From the NCBI RefSeq assembly GCF_964355755.1, contig NC_092680.1, forward strand, positions 8,742,001-8,806,000: a stretch of DNA of 64,000 nucleotides, in the 5' to 3' direction. Positions 37,101-50,100 of the stretch are shown in pieces. The stretch comes from Antedon mediterranea (taxonomy: Eukaryota; Animalia; Echinodermata). The notes beneath the pieces are model-generated. The model was not told where the DNA came from. It saw only the letters and a list, made by a program, of their open reading frames with translations, and made no database searches. The first letter of the stretch is position 1. Each line of letters starts with the position of its first letter. Made by a program: the position numbers and the translations under genes.

Positions 37101-39059
37101 TAACAGTAGAAAGGAACAAGAATAAATTAGTTTTGTAGATACTATTATATAATTGTAACAGATCAAAGCAGATTTTATGTAACACTGTATGTAAACAACT
37201 TAGATAATACCATGCTTCAACTGGTTCAACACAGGTTCTGTGTACTAAAGCAACAATCAATTTATCGAAAGCTATGCTATGAGGAATCATTATAGTGACC
37301 TATGCTATGAGGAATCATTATACCTATGCTACTACTACTGTACACGGTATCCCAGTTAAACACTATATTATCTAAATGTATTTCATAGATTCTAGACAGA
37401 TTCATCAGATCATTGTTATTGAGTTTATTACAGTATTACCATTACTTGTGCCTTAAATTAGGGTTTCCATGGTGAAGTAAAGTATTTTAAACAATAAATT
37501 TAAAGTTAAACACATTCACATGAATATTCATATTTTATATGATACATTAGAACATCTTCATTTATGTACATACTAATTAAACAGCGTGTGGGTGGACTTA
37601 GAATTAATGTCTCTGGTTATACATCCCATTCAGGGTCCTTTTAAAATACCTGACAAAAATAAAAGGATGTAGGTACTTTTTTTTAATTCTACTTCAATTT
37701 TAATTCAATCATTAATTTTTTTAATTAAATTGTCTTTACTCACAAAGATCACCTACAATTTATTAAACTGAAGAATTAAACTCTAGTAAATTTATGCAAG
37801 CATAAATTTTCAGAGAACAAATTCTGGCATACTGTATGATCTGCCATATTCGATATTCAAAGAATAATTTCATAAATAATTATAAAATCATAACTATGAA
37901 TTTTCATCAACAAATCTATGCATTCTAGGCTTACTACCAGTACCACTATAGAAATTATTGATAGCCCTTTTTTAACGAGAGTTAAGATTGATTTGAAATA
38001 TCGGGAACCTTCCATGACTATCTGGAAAGTCTGCAAGAAGCAAATTAGGAAGGTTTAAAGGCTATCAGAGGCTTGAAAGGAAGGATTTCAGTAGGAAAAG
38101 GGAGCAGCAGTTAGTATTTCCTTTAAAATATGTTACACACAGTTTTATAATAGTTTAACAAATACAATACCACATTTACCATGTTAAACACAAGCTGAAA
38201 TATTACACAAAAAAAGGCATGTTTACTGCAGCTATACATACTGTTGGCAAATATAATAATAATAAATTTCAAATAAACAATACATAATTGTGTCTCAGTT
38301 CTCACTAATAAAAATGTTAAAAATTTAGTAAAATAAATAATTAGCCTTATACAGATCTATAACAAAAGACTAGTGTGTTTATGCAAATTAGCAAGTTATG
38401 TAATAGGACTGCATTATTATCATAGCAACAACAGCTTGTTACATGGTTTGGAATTTGAGTTAGTACAGTATTTTATTTTGGGTGATTAATTGAATTGTGC
38501 TAATGTTTACCTCACTTTTTTCTTAGTATAATATATTTGTCTACGATAAGAAGCCCCTAACAATGTATTATGGAATATTTTAGTATCTGTTTTTAACATT
38601 TTAACTGTGGTGGATATATTAATATACAGTATTAAGAGAGCCTTATAGATATTGTTCCATGATTTTTTTATATTATTAAATAGTCATTCATTGACTAAAA
38701 AATTGAATCTAAATATAATATAAATAACTGTAGTAACAAAAATTATGTTACCTGGAAGCCCACAATGAGCAATTGTTTAAATGTAACTGTTTGTGAGTAA
38801 AGTGTTTTTATGCGGAAGTGAATAAACTTATTTCAACTACAAAATGACCTAGATTTTAAAGTTTCATTTTATTTTATTCATCTTATGTCTGTCCTTGTAA
38901 AAAAAAACTTACAGTGACACACTCATTACACAAATCACTACTAGATATCTGTAACTCATTAGTGTCATTGGTAACATCATCCTCATCAGCTTGTATCTGT
39001 CCATTCTCACGTGTATATTCACCTACCTCGTCTGCATCATCTGATAATGATAGAGGCAT
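31109..39059 (-). CDS. RGS9BP: RGS9-anchor protein (R9AP)/RGS7BP-family membrane anchor, ~293 aa, 6 coding exons
   Basis: Exons 38913-39059, 36933-37099, 35284-35417, 32931-33072, 31702-31849, 31109-31252. All GT-AG and phase-compatible (882 nt). Motifs [73 protein letters not shown] and [11 protein letters not shown], plus a C-terminal TM helix as in R9AP. Confidence 0.88.
32091..32426. repeat. 24-bp minisatellite (intronic)
   Basis: Unit GCACTAGGTCAGGATTGAACCCT(G/A), ~14 copies. Confidence 0.95.
33325..34265. mobile_element. Non-autonomous element ending in a ~260-bp hairpin (possibly Crypton-like)
   Basis: Palindrome at 34003-34265 centred on GAGGCAACGCCGAG. The left terminus TATAACACCTAAATAAATTCCTGTCATTTGA (33327-33358) repeats the outer arm of the hairpin. 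Confidence 0.7.
34330..35260. mobile_element. MITE with ~37-bp TIRs (Harbinger-like or TA-targeting)
   Basis: ACGCCCGTATTCTTAAACCGGACTTTAGT ... ACTAAAGTCCGGTTTAAGAATACGGGCGT. TA/TWA flanks and subterminal AGT(T)CGA repeats. Confidence 0.85.
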
Positions 39060-40724
39060 AGTTCAAATTCGCACCTAAAAAATACAGTTTATATAATTAT
39101 GTTTATGAATGTGTGCTCAGTCTTTGAAAATTATTTAAAAAAATGTTGTTTCTGAAAAAAAAAATCAGAAATTAATAGTTAAAATAGTTTATAATTAGTA
39201 ATAGAGTATTTATTACCAATAGGGCGTTCTTGTTATGCCTACAATACAAGCGGAATACCAGAGTACATTTGTTAACCCACCAATATTATAATATAATACT
39301 GTTGATTGAGGAAAGATGAATTGACCGTAGTATATTGCTATGGATATAATAATAATACAAGTTACCCACAAAAGTGTACATGCAGAAATTAACTAGATGT
39401 TAATTACAAACCATTATGCATAAGACACAGACTTTTTTTATTTGCTTTTTATTTTTACTGCAATTATAATGACAGAGAACCTTATTGAAAATATAAATTC
39501 AAACTGTTTCCACTTTTGGCAGGCAACTGTTACGGCTTTGATGTTTATTCCATAACACGCTACTTTTTATTTCATGGGGGAATCCCCGGATTGTATCACG
39601 GTAATCAAAATCATAATGCTGAAGAACAACAGGCGCACAGGAAGGTTTACATTTAATTAGTAAAATTTTATAAACAATCATATTTTTACTATAACGGTAA
39701 TTTGGAAAAGCACATCCTGTCCTCACCTGTATTAAAGTAAATGAAATATATAATTAGCATAATAAATACTAATCGTCTAAAAAAATTAATAATCTACAGT
39801 AGGCATCCATAACTATAAAAAACCATCACGAAATGTATATTCACGAAAATGTATATATTGCGCCAAATACAATGGCGCAACGCAATAAAACCCAATCGAT
39901 TTTAAAAACACGCCAGATATGATAAAAAAAATGCATAGCTAGACTGACGTGCGCCATAAAAAAAATCCAAAAGTTGGATTGCGACCAAAATAAAACGTCC
40001 CCGATCGTCTTGTTTGTTGGGCCCTATCGTCTGGGCCCGATCGTCTCTGGTCCCGATCGTCTGATATAACCATCCATAGTCTAGGAAGCCGAACCCGAAG
40101 GAGGCCGCCTGGCCTAGGATAGATCGGGAATCCGGCTAGATCCTAGCCTAAAGTAAAATATTAGGCCTAGTAATTAAATTGTCGACCTGCAAATGTTTTT
40201 GTATTTATTTACCTTACGATGTGTTAGACATGTCCCTCAAATCCGGTGTTTTATGTACAACGTTAATTATTTATGAGGGTAGGTAGTTAGTAGTAGTAGT
40301 GTTGTTCTCTCAACTTTTTATTAATTTTTTTAATTTATTGAAGTTGCGCCCTCTATTGTGGTATGTTGTGTCATACACGTCACATTGGTCATCCACCACC
40401 ACACCATCAAAGATCTTAGTAGTCCATCCATGGCATGATGATGGCGCGGCAGGCACACTACGCGTATCTAGACACGGTAAGTGCATGCGCCAATCAACAA
40501 TTAATAAATCATTCTGAATAAACAATATTTAATTAAAAATAATCAAATGATAAATATGAATACATGCGTTCACATTAAAAATTATCATAATTAATTTTTT
40601 AATTAATTATGATAAGTTTTTCAACAAAAACTTTAAAAATAAATCCAAATTAGTATATAATATAAATTATAGGCTACATATTAGTATAATAAAAAATATA
40701 ATTCAATTAAAAAACAGATATAAG

Positions 40725-40851
40725 TTTTTAGTCGCGTGGATGCGACTCTATATTATAGTTCACTATGTCGGTCGGTCGGTCTGTCGGTCTGTCTGTCGGT
40801 CCGGTATCACTATGCGTTTTAGCACGCGACTTATGGCTGTTGGCCTTGTTT
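40725..40851 (+). mobile_element. Short Helentron-associated (HINE/DINE-like) element
   Basis: T-rich start, subterminal IR AGTCGCGTG ... CACGCGACT, (GTCG/GTCT)n microsatellite, 3' mini-hairpin, TTGTT end. Confidence 0.65.
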
Positions 40852-41317
40852 ACGAAAGGTTAGCAAAGGAGTGTTACAAAATAGTATCTATTTGATTCCA
40901 TATTAAATAAAAGTCCAATTGAGATTTAGAAGAATTGAAATGCGCGTTTACAAATTAAAAAAGTTTATACAGAGGGGCGTAGGGGATTCGGAGGAGCCTA
41001 CAACTTTGATTTTTTTTTATACGATTTGAGGCTAATTTGTGTATTTGTATGTTTTTCAACTTCTTTCAAGAAAATGTGTTAAAAAGTTAAAATTAAATAA
41101 ACCCAAACATCGATTGGAGGCCAAATTTGTGCATTGTTTTTTTTATAGAAAAAATGCCTATAATATACCTTATATAGATAGCGATTAGTATTATGTATGA
41201 ATTATGACATTTGAGTATGACGGTAGGAATTGCAAAGATAGCTTACCTATTTCCCAAATTAAACAAGAAAATCTTATTTTTCATTCAAAAAAAAATAAAA
41301 ATACTCGTAACAAAAAT

Positions 41318-42082
41318 AACTAGAGGGTACTCCGAGAGTACAAACCTCCGCCTACTGTAAAATTCCCCTACAGAAAATGTCCCCGAAAAAAAAAAAAAAA
41401 ATTTTTTTTTTATTAGGTCTAAGTGTAAATAGGCTAACTGCACACTACAAAGTTGTGAATGCAAGTTTGGTGTAATGATTATGTATCCAGCCTCTCACAG
41501 TTGGGATCGCTGGTTCAAGTCCCACTGAAGCTTTTTTTTTTATTACCTCCGCCAAGGAGGTTAAGTTTTCACCCCCGTATGTGTGTGGATGTGTGTGTGT
41601 CTGTGAACAGCCTGGAGGCCACAGTTTTCATCCGATTTTCACCAAATTTGGCCACAATGATCTATGCCCCAAAAGCTTGGACGAGTTCGACTGGGAGGGG
41701 AAAAGGTCATAGGCCAAGGTCACAACTAACAACAAACTATTTTAATGCCTAGAGGCCACAGTTTTTATCCGATTCTCACCAAACATAATATAATTGTGTT
41801 TAAATTTTGAAGGGTTAGGGTCAAAGATCAAGGTACACAAAAAAAAGAAACAAAAAAAAGAAATAAAAAAATAATAATAACTAGAGGGTACTCTGAGAGT
41901 ACAAACCTCCGCCTACTGTAAAATTTCCCTACATAAAATGTCCCCGGAAAATATATCTATTTAAAAAAATTTCTTTTCATTAGTTTTAAGTGTAAATAGG
42001 CTAACTGCACACTACAAAGTTGTGAATGAGAGTTTGGTGTAATGGTTATGTATCCAGCCTCTTACAGTTGAAGTCGCTGGGT

Positions 42083-42118
<36 letters not shown>

Positions 42119-42374
42119 TGGACCTTGATCTTTAACCCTGACCCTTCAAAATTTAAACACAATTCTGAGAATCGGATAAAAACTGTGGTCTCTAGGAAGT
42201 AAAATAGTTTTTTGTTAGTTGTGACCTTGACCTATGACCTTTTCCCCTCCAAATAGATCATTGTGGCCAAATTTGGTGAGAATCGGATAAAAACTGTAGC
42301 CTCCAGGCTGTTCACAGACACACACACACAAACATACAGAGGTGAAAACATAACCTCCTTGGCGGAGGTAATAA
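41318..42374. mobile_element. Rearranged dimer of a Helentron-associated (HINE-like) element
   Basis: Full - strand copy at 41879-42374 (TTATTACCTCCGCCAAGGAGG...(GT)n...GGCGGAGGTTTGTACTCTCAGAGTACCCTCTAGTT). Direct duplicate of its 3' half at 41318-41515 and inverted duplicate of its 5' half at 41540-41845. Confidence 0.8.
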
Positions 42375-42523
42375 TCTAGAGCTGTGAGCATTCAACAGAA
42401 CATTACCCGTTACGCCACACAAAGTACATAACTGAATAGCAGCTGACAATCGTATAATTATACATACTTCATACGTAATTCATCATTACGTCATAAATAT
42501 GCATATTAACCTTGTTAACAGCA

Positions 42524-42818
42524 AGATGACCGGTTGCTCAGGCAATAGAGTATCGTGTTGATACACGAATGTCGTGGGTTAGATTCCCACGCTGGTCGGA
42601 ACGTTCCGTAGTGGAATAGAGTTAGAGTTAAAGCTATGCGAGCTACTATGTTCACAGAATTATATAATAATAATACATAATAATAATACGTCCACAACAC
42701 ATCATGAGACAGCACCAGCAATGCATCTGATGATGATGTGGTGGAAACTACCCCGAGGCTGTGGGCAGGGCCTTAGTGCTGAGGCAGATAGAGCACACCA
42801 TAACATCTCTTCTTTTTT
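42524..42818 (+). mobile_element. Candidate tRNA-derived SINE
   Basis: tRNA-like head (GACCGG...GTGGGTTAGATTCCCACGCTGGTC), GC-rich 3' part and a T-run. Degenerate. Confidence 0.35.
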
Positions 42819-44169
42819 GGCTTGCGCCACCTGCATTCGATCTCGTAAATTTAATTTTTAGCGCCCTAAATTTGTATGTGTAAAGCCTAACTTCGAAGAA
42901 GTCCGCCTAATATGAAACCGAGTATTATAAATAAATATGGATAGTTAAAATGTTAACATTGTTTTATGAATAAAATTAGTAATATACGGTAGGCTTTTGT
43001 GTGTATTTTATAATGTTGTTCTGTTAAATCACCGCCATGGCCCCATGAATTATGCCTCGCTGGCTCGCACGTTAGCAACACCAACTGTGATAGGGGCTGG
43101 TCTTAGAGACTTACATATTTCGTTTCATATTCCAATGGAGAAGACTTTTTGAAAAAAAAAACCTGAGGAATCTTGAAATTTATGAATATCCCCTTAACTT
43201 AATAAAAAAAAAACAGTGGAGTAATGCGATACGGAAAAAAACAATAATTATAATAGAACACAAAATATTTAATTTATTAATATGAGAATAATAATAGGTA
43301 CAATACAGAATATAATGAAAGAAGGATATGCAGAGGAAAGTTGTATGACAAAACTTTTATTTAGGCTACATTATTCTGATGACGAGTCACAAAATAGATC
43401 TAATACAGTACCTATATTACCATGTTGGTAATGATTTTTCTTTTATATTTTTGCAAATAGTTTAAGAACCTGTATCCGTCATATAATGTATTGTTTTGAT
43501 GTATTATGTTAAATTGGATGCACCACTTCTGTGTGTGCCACCGATGCAAAGGTGTCATTTCCTAATAAATTATTATTAGATCGTACGGTATTTTGTAATT
43601 GTTCGTGTTGTACGCAATTTAAAATGCATATAACATGAATATTGCGGTCAGATTTTGTGAAAAACTGAGCTGCCGCATTTTGTATTATATTATACGTTCT
43701 ATTTACAAAATAAGAGATCGGTCACTTATCTATAATTCGACAGATTGTCAAAATGAAAAAAGTGGTAGATTTATGGTGGGACTGTAAATGTTCGGCCCTG
43801 TTCGGCCCTGGTCTGGCTTTCCCGCGTGCAAGGCACAGAACGTATCGTCACACGCCAGGTGGGATTCCGAGTTATGATTGGTCAGAACTTTGAACTGTTC
43901 GTGCTTCCACCATCTATGGGACTCGATTTTGTACCCATGTGCTAGCGCGCGATTTAAATATTCATTAATTATTTTTAACATTCTTTGTGTCAAATTTGTC
44001 GAACATTAATGTTTCCACTGAGTATGAATTCGATAATAATTAAATAATAATAGTGGCAGGTATAGGCTATCGTAGTTCCGTGTCGACATAAGCCCACCTT
44101 AAGCCTACTTACAAGGAGTTTCCGTCATAATAATGAAATGCTAAAGTAGTTAATAACACGCCGTATAAA

Positions 44170-47100
44170 ATGAGCTGGTGGTGAGTAGGCTACCTTTATT
44201 CCTTCTCAAATAGACCTATTTAATTTTCAAATTTACTAGAACAAGAACTGCTCTTATAATTATATTAATTGTATTAGTTTAAATGAAAAGCAGACTCGTC
44301 TTTTTTTGTAGGACTGATCATATTTTTTAGACTAGGCCTGTACCTACTTTTTGAGTAGTAGAGGCAAGGCCGTAGTCAACATACTGTAGTTTAGTCTATT
44401 GTGAAGGGGTGTACCGTGCGTCAAATTCATTGGTTATTTGTTTATCAGGATTTGGCGTTGTTCAACCAATGAGTTTGTCCATGCCATGTCGACTATTATA
44501 ATAGCCATTTTAAAAAGATTTGTTCAAATAATAAACAAACTCCAAGATAAGTATTTTTATTTTATTTCACATTTACATCAACAGTCAAGGCCAAATGTCT
44601 TAAAGACACAATATAAATATTTATCTCTTAGTGTACGTGAATTCTGTAATCCGATTGGTCAATATGTATGAGATATAATTCCGTATTACGCACATTTACT
44701 CAGTCAAGCCGATCAGAAGGGTAATATTATATCCCGCATATTACCTGTTTGATGTTTCTACGCGCGCGTTGTTTATATTTATATTATGTATTTTTATCGT
44801 TGAGCGCATGCGTAGTTGTGATTTTAACCATCGAATATACGACGTTGATGTTGTTTGGAACAGTTGTTTGTATATGGAAGCTTATGTATTGTCCCTCTGA
44901 AAATAATTTTTTAAACATTTTTTGTTGTTGAATATGACATTTTAATCAACATAATAGTTATTGACTTCGACCAAAAAATGGAACGAAAAAAAATGTATTT
45001 ACCTGAAAAAACTGGAATTTAAAGCAAAAAATGGTCAAATTGGCTGCCAGCCAATGGATTTTTGGTAGAATTTAACCATTTATCATGTTATTTTATAAGT
45101 GAAAACATTATGTTTTTCCGGTTTTTTTTACGGAGGTGATTCACTTTATTAAAACTACAAAATAACATATTCAAAGTCTGATTTAATTAATCTTCATTTT
45201 TCATGTTTTTGGGGGACAATACATCTTTAAATTGATGACACAAGGTACTGTAGATATTTGTTGTTTTTTTTTTTCTTTGTCTCTTGTCTAATTGCTTATA
45301 TGTGTACATTAAAAGATAAAATCGTTGCTTGTTCTTACGAAATACGAGAAATATCTACGTTCTGGTTCCATGGACCATATTCCATTTGGAAACAACAAAA
45401 CGTAGATATTTCCTGTATTCCGTGAACAAGCACAAACACAGAAACAACAACAAGAAGAAGACGAAAACCAACAGCCAGAAAGGCAAAGGTTACGAATAAA
45501 AAAAGGTTAAAATTTAAAAAATGAAGGGTAAATAAACTATCGGCATAAAAAAGAAAGCCAACTAGCAAATGACAACTGATGGTTAAGAATTGAGTGAATG
45601 TTTTAAACAGGTTTTAAAAGCACTAAGACTTAAATAGAAAATATTAATAGAAGGATTATTAATAACTAAATTATTATATGAGAGGGGAAATATATGGACG
45701 AAACCATCCTTATTACAGTTAATTCTATTAAAGGGAACAACTAAAAGGTCCTTATAGCCTGAACCAGGTCTATGGGAAAAGGCAACATAATGAGGTATGA
45801 AAAGGAACAACTAAAAGGTCCTTATAGCCTGAACCAGGTCTATGGGAAAAGGCAACATAATGAGGTATGAAAAACAACTAAAAGGTCCTTATAGCCTGAA
45901 CCAGGTCTATGGGAAAAGGCAACATAATGAGGTATGAAAAACAACTAAAAGGTCCTTATAGCCTGAACCAGGTCTATGGGAAAAGGCAACATAATGAGGT
46001 ATGAAAAGGAACAACTAAAAGGTCCTTATAGCCTGAACCAGGTCTATGGGAAAAGGCAACATAATGAGGTATGAAAAGGAACAACTAAAAGGTCCTTATA
46101 GCCTGAACCAGGTCTATGGGAAAAGGCAACATAATGAGGTATGAAAAACAACTAAAAGGTCCTTATAGCCTGAACCAGGTCTATGGGAAAAGGCAACATA
46201 ATGAGGTATGAAAAGGAACGACTAAAAGGTCCTTATAGCCTGAACCAGGTCTATGGGAAAGGGCAACATAATGAGGTATGAAAAGGAACAACTAAAAGGT
46301 CCTTATAGCCTGAACCAGGTCTATGGGAAAAGGCAACATAATGAGGTATGGAAAACAGAATTAATACATTTAAAAGAAATACCATAGAATAATCTTCCAT
46401 TACTAAGTGGAGTGAGAGAAAATAAAACAGGATTAAGGTAATAAATATAAAAAAATGTAGATTGAACCAGGAGTTGTAAAATAATAATTTTACAACTCCC
46501 TGATTGAACTCTATCAATACAATTACACAGAAAAACAGAAATAGGCTTAGTGCTACAGTAATCGAAAGGTCTCACTAAGGAAATGTACAAATGAAATTTA
46601 GTTTTGTTAGAAAGACACAATTTGGTCCTTCAAATTTAGTTACATTAATTTGAAGAAAAAAGTAGCAGATATTTACCAAAAAAAGTTTAATAATTTTTGT
46701 ACAAAATAAAATTAGAGAATAAAATAATAAACTGTTGCAAGTTTCTTAGATTTTTGTTTTTTTATAAATTTATGTTTAGGTATGCTTTTTCCAGTGTAAA
46801 TAGGGTCCCCCACCAATTGTTTTACCATATGTATACAATTTTTTAAAAATATCCAGAAGTATTAAGCTGTTTAAAAGTTTTTTTGTAAAGTATGTATCTT
46901 TTATAGTTGGCCTAATGCATGATAGGCATACAGGCATGTTGATTGCTTTTTAGTATAATATTTGAGTTTCTAAAATGCATGCAAATGAATTCAATGAATA
47001 AGGACTTCTTGCCTTAAATCAGCACATCAAGTGATGGCGTGCTAGTCAAACGGAATGTTAAGACAAATCTTCGAAGAGCAAATGCTGGTGTAGGCCCTAT

Positions 47101-50100
47101 GAAATCAAGATACAGCAGAAGTCAGAGTAGTACCAACATTATAGAAGACAGCCATGCAGAATCTACTCACAGTGTATATATACCATTAATGGTAAGCACA
47201 GAGTATGTTATTATTTTTAAAAATGTTCTATGAGCAGTGGTTGATACATTTTAAAGAAAAAAGTAAAATAGCATTATTTATGTTTTTATGAACAGTGCTT
47301 AGTTCGAATTAAGTAAAAAGGTATTAAAATATCTATAATAGTATTGCAATTTTTTGTAGGACAAAAACATCAATAAGAGTTGGATTGCCACAACATTTTT
47401 CAAAAAAGAGTGTGCACGATATGTTCCGAAAACAGGAGACAACGATAAAAAGTAAATGAAGAATTGTTTATACATTCATTTTCCTGACATAGGAATTGCA
47501 TAGAGGTTTACTTAAAGTACAGGAACTCCTCAGCCTTTCTCCAAAAACATGAAAAATAAAGATGATTGAATAAAATAAAATAGAATTTGAGTAGGCCATT
47601 TTATAGTTTTAATAAAGTAATTCACTTCTGCATAAAATAATGGAAAAAAAACCCAATATAATTATTTCACTTATAAAAACACCCACAAGGCTTTCGGTTA
47701 AATTATAATTTTTTATGTAAAACAATTAGTTTTTGATCAAATTTTTTGTCTGAATGAATATTATTATGTGATATTAAAATGGTGTATTAAAAAAAACTTA
47801 TTTTTTCAAGGGGACAATATATCTAGTATCTTTAAACTGGTTTCCCAGGCTTTTCCATTGGGCTATAACAAGAGTTATATTACACAATTAACATCAGTGT
47901 ATTCTTTTACCAAATTAGGGAAACAATTGTTCATACTTTTGTATTTACTTCTTTCAGGTGCTGTTGTGGTAGACTAAGGAATGAACATATACAGGAAGCC
48001 ATACCCATGTGCACTGGTTCAGCTCAGACAACAAGTGATCAAAAGATTGCAGTACAACCTCAAGGAGACAGCCTCAGCGTACAGAGTGAATTAAATTTGA
48101 ATGCTTGGGATAAACACCAAGATGTCAAGGAGTTTCCAACTGATGCCTTTGGCAAGATTGAGTTTTTAACCGAATTAGAATCATCATCTAGAGTAGCACA
48201 TGTTTGTAGTTTTTTTTAAAAATTAGTTCATTTTAAAATTTAGTTGTCATCTTCATCCTACAAAAATGTTCCACCAATTTCTTTCTGTCATTTGTTCTGC
48301 TACTCCCCAATTAAGGTTTTTTATTCTTCATATCTGGAAACAGTTTTCTTCTAAGTTTTTGTTGGTCTCCCTCTGTGTCATTTCTCATGGAGTGTCCATT
48401 TGAGTTTGGCATATGCTACTGTATGTTGTGAGAGTCATTCTAGGATCTGTAATGTAATGTAAAAATACATTTATTATATAACCTTACCATTTCATACTGA
48501 CATTAAGTGTATGTTTGATTATTATGATTTCTCTACTTTTCTTTAGTATGTTCGTATCTCTAATGATACCCATCCAAAACATACACTGAATCTATTGTCA
48601 AAGCACTGGAAGATGCCAATTCCACATCTTGCAATATCCGTAGCAGGTGGTACCAAGAACTTCATATTAAACAAACAAGATCAAGATACCTTTAACAGAG
48701 GCTTAGTCAAGGTGATAATAGCAGTTTATTACTATTAAGACCTCATTTCGAGGGGGCACTATTTATCAAATAATTGCCATCCTCATTATATTTTTAGAAT
48801 GCAACATATCTGAAGAACAATAAAGTAGCTTTGCTGTAGTTCGAAACATTTCTTGCAAAATGTGAAGTTTGCTTGAATCTGCAAACTAAGCTACTAGACT
48901 AAGTTTTTAGTCTGTAATCAATGACACTACCTAAAGACTAGTCTACTCTAACAAACTTTAGCTTGCAGAGGCTAAACAATTTGTCCAAATTTGCTGTTGA
49001 CAGACCTGTTTGGCAAACTGCAACTGTTCGCACAAGTTAGGCTACCAATTTCTGGACAAACGAAGTTTGTGAACAAATCAAATAACAGTCATCGTAGTCA
49101 TATAGGCCTATAAATTCTGGAGCTAGACAAAATGACACTGCCTCCAGTAACAGCTGAGACTTCCTCTCCAAACAGTGGCAAACTCAATGTTTGCAAACAA
49201 ATGTTTTTAACAGTTTTAGTTGACAAACTCAACAAATCATATATCACACACTTTGCATCTATGCTAATAAAAATCATCTTGATACGAGATACCGTAGAGA
49301 TTACCTACTAAACTGATTTGTTTTTTTCTTTTAGGCTGCACAAACTGTAGGTGCATGGATAATTAGCACTGGAGTAAATTGTGGAGTTCACAAGGCAGTT
49401 GGTGAAGCTGTTAAAGAGGGTCAAGCCATGAGATGGATTTCAAATAAATCACAAACAAGAACACCTATACTCTGCCTAGGTGTTGCACCATGGGGTTATG
49501 TAGAGAACTGGCAGTCACTTGTTGGTAAACAGGGAGAGGTATGACGGCAAACATTACTTGAATCTTATGAACCACTTTGACATCCCCAAAAACCTCCATA
49601 CAAAACGCCAGTGTTGATCTAAATAAATGTTATCTCTATGACTTGACAGGGACTGTATCCAGCCCAGTACAAAGTTAACCCAATCGTACAACGTGGTAAG
49701 CCAGTCTCGTTAAATCCATACCACACACACTTTCTGCTAATTGATGATGGTACCAGGATGCCTGGATGCGACGTCCCATACCGAGCTAAACTGGAACAGA
49801 TAATCAGGGCACAGAAGTTTATTCAAAATCAACTTGGTAATTTAATGTCATATTTAAAGGGGCTTTTAAAAATTAATTTAGAATTAATGTATTTACTAAG
49901 TACCTATAAATCACATTTTATTATACCCTCTGATTGCAAAATAAATAAAACCTTTGTGAAATTTGAACTTATTCTATCATTTCACAGAGCCTGGTCTAGG
50001 TATTCCAGTTGTAAAAGTTTGCCTGGAGGGTGGTTCGGACACAATATTATCCACAAAAGAAGCTGTTTTACTCGATACTCCTGTTGTGGTTTGTGAAGGT

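Noticed and set aside
39366-40300. Non-coding 5' exons of the R9AP-like gene (donor ~40212, acceptor ~39727)
   Set aside because: Plausible splice signals, but boundaries cannot be fixed without transcripts.
45733-46350. CRISPR-like appearance of the 70-bp array (also the 54-, 33-, 24- and 19-bp arrays)
   Set aside because: Head-to-tail repeats with no unique spacers, no cas genes, and a eukaryotic context.
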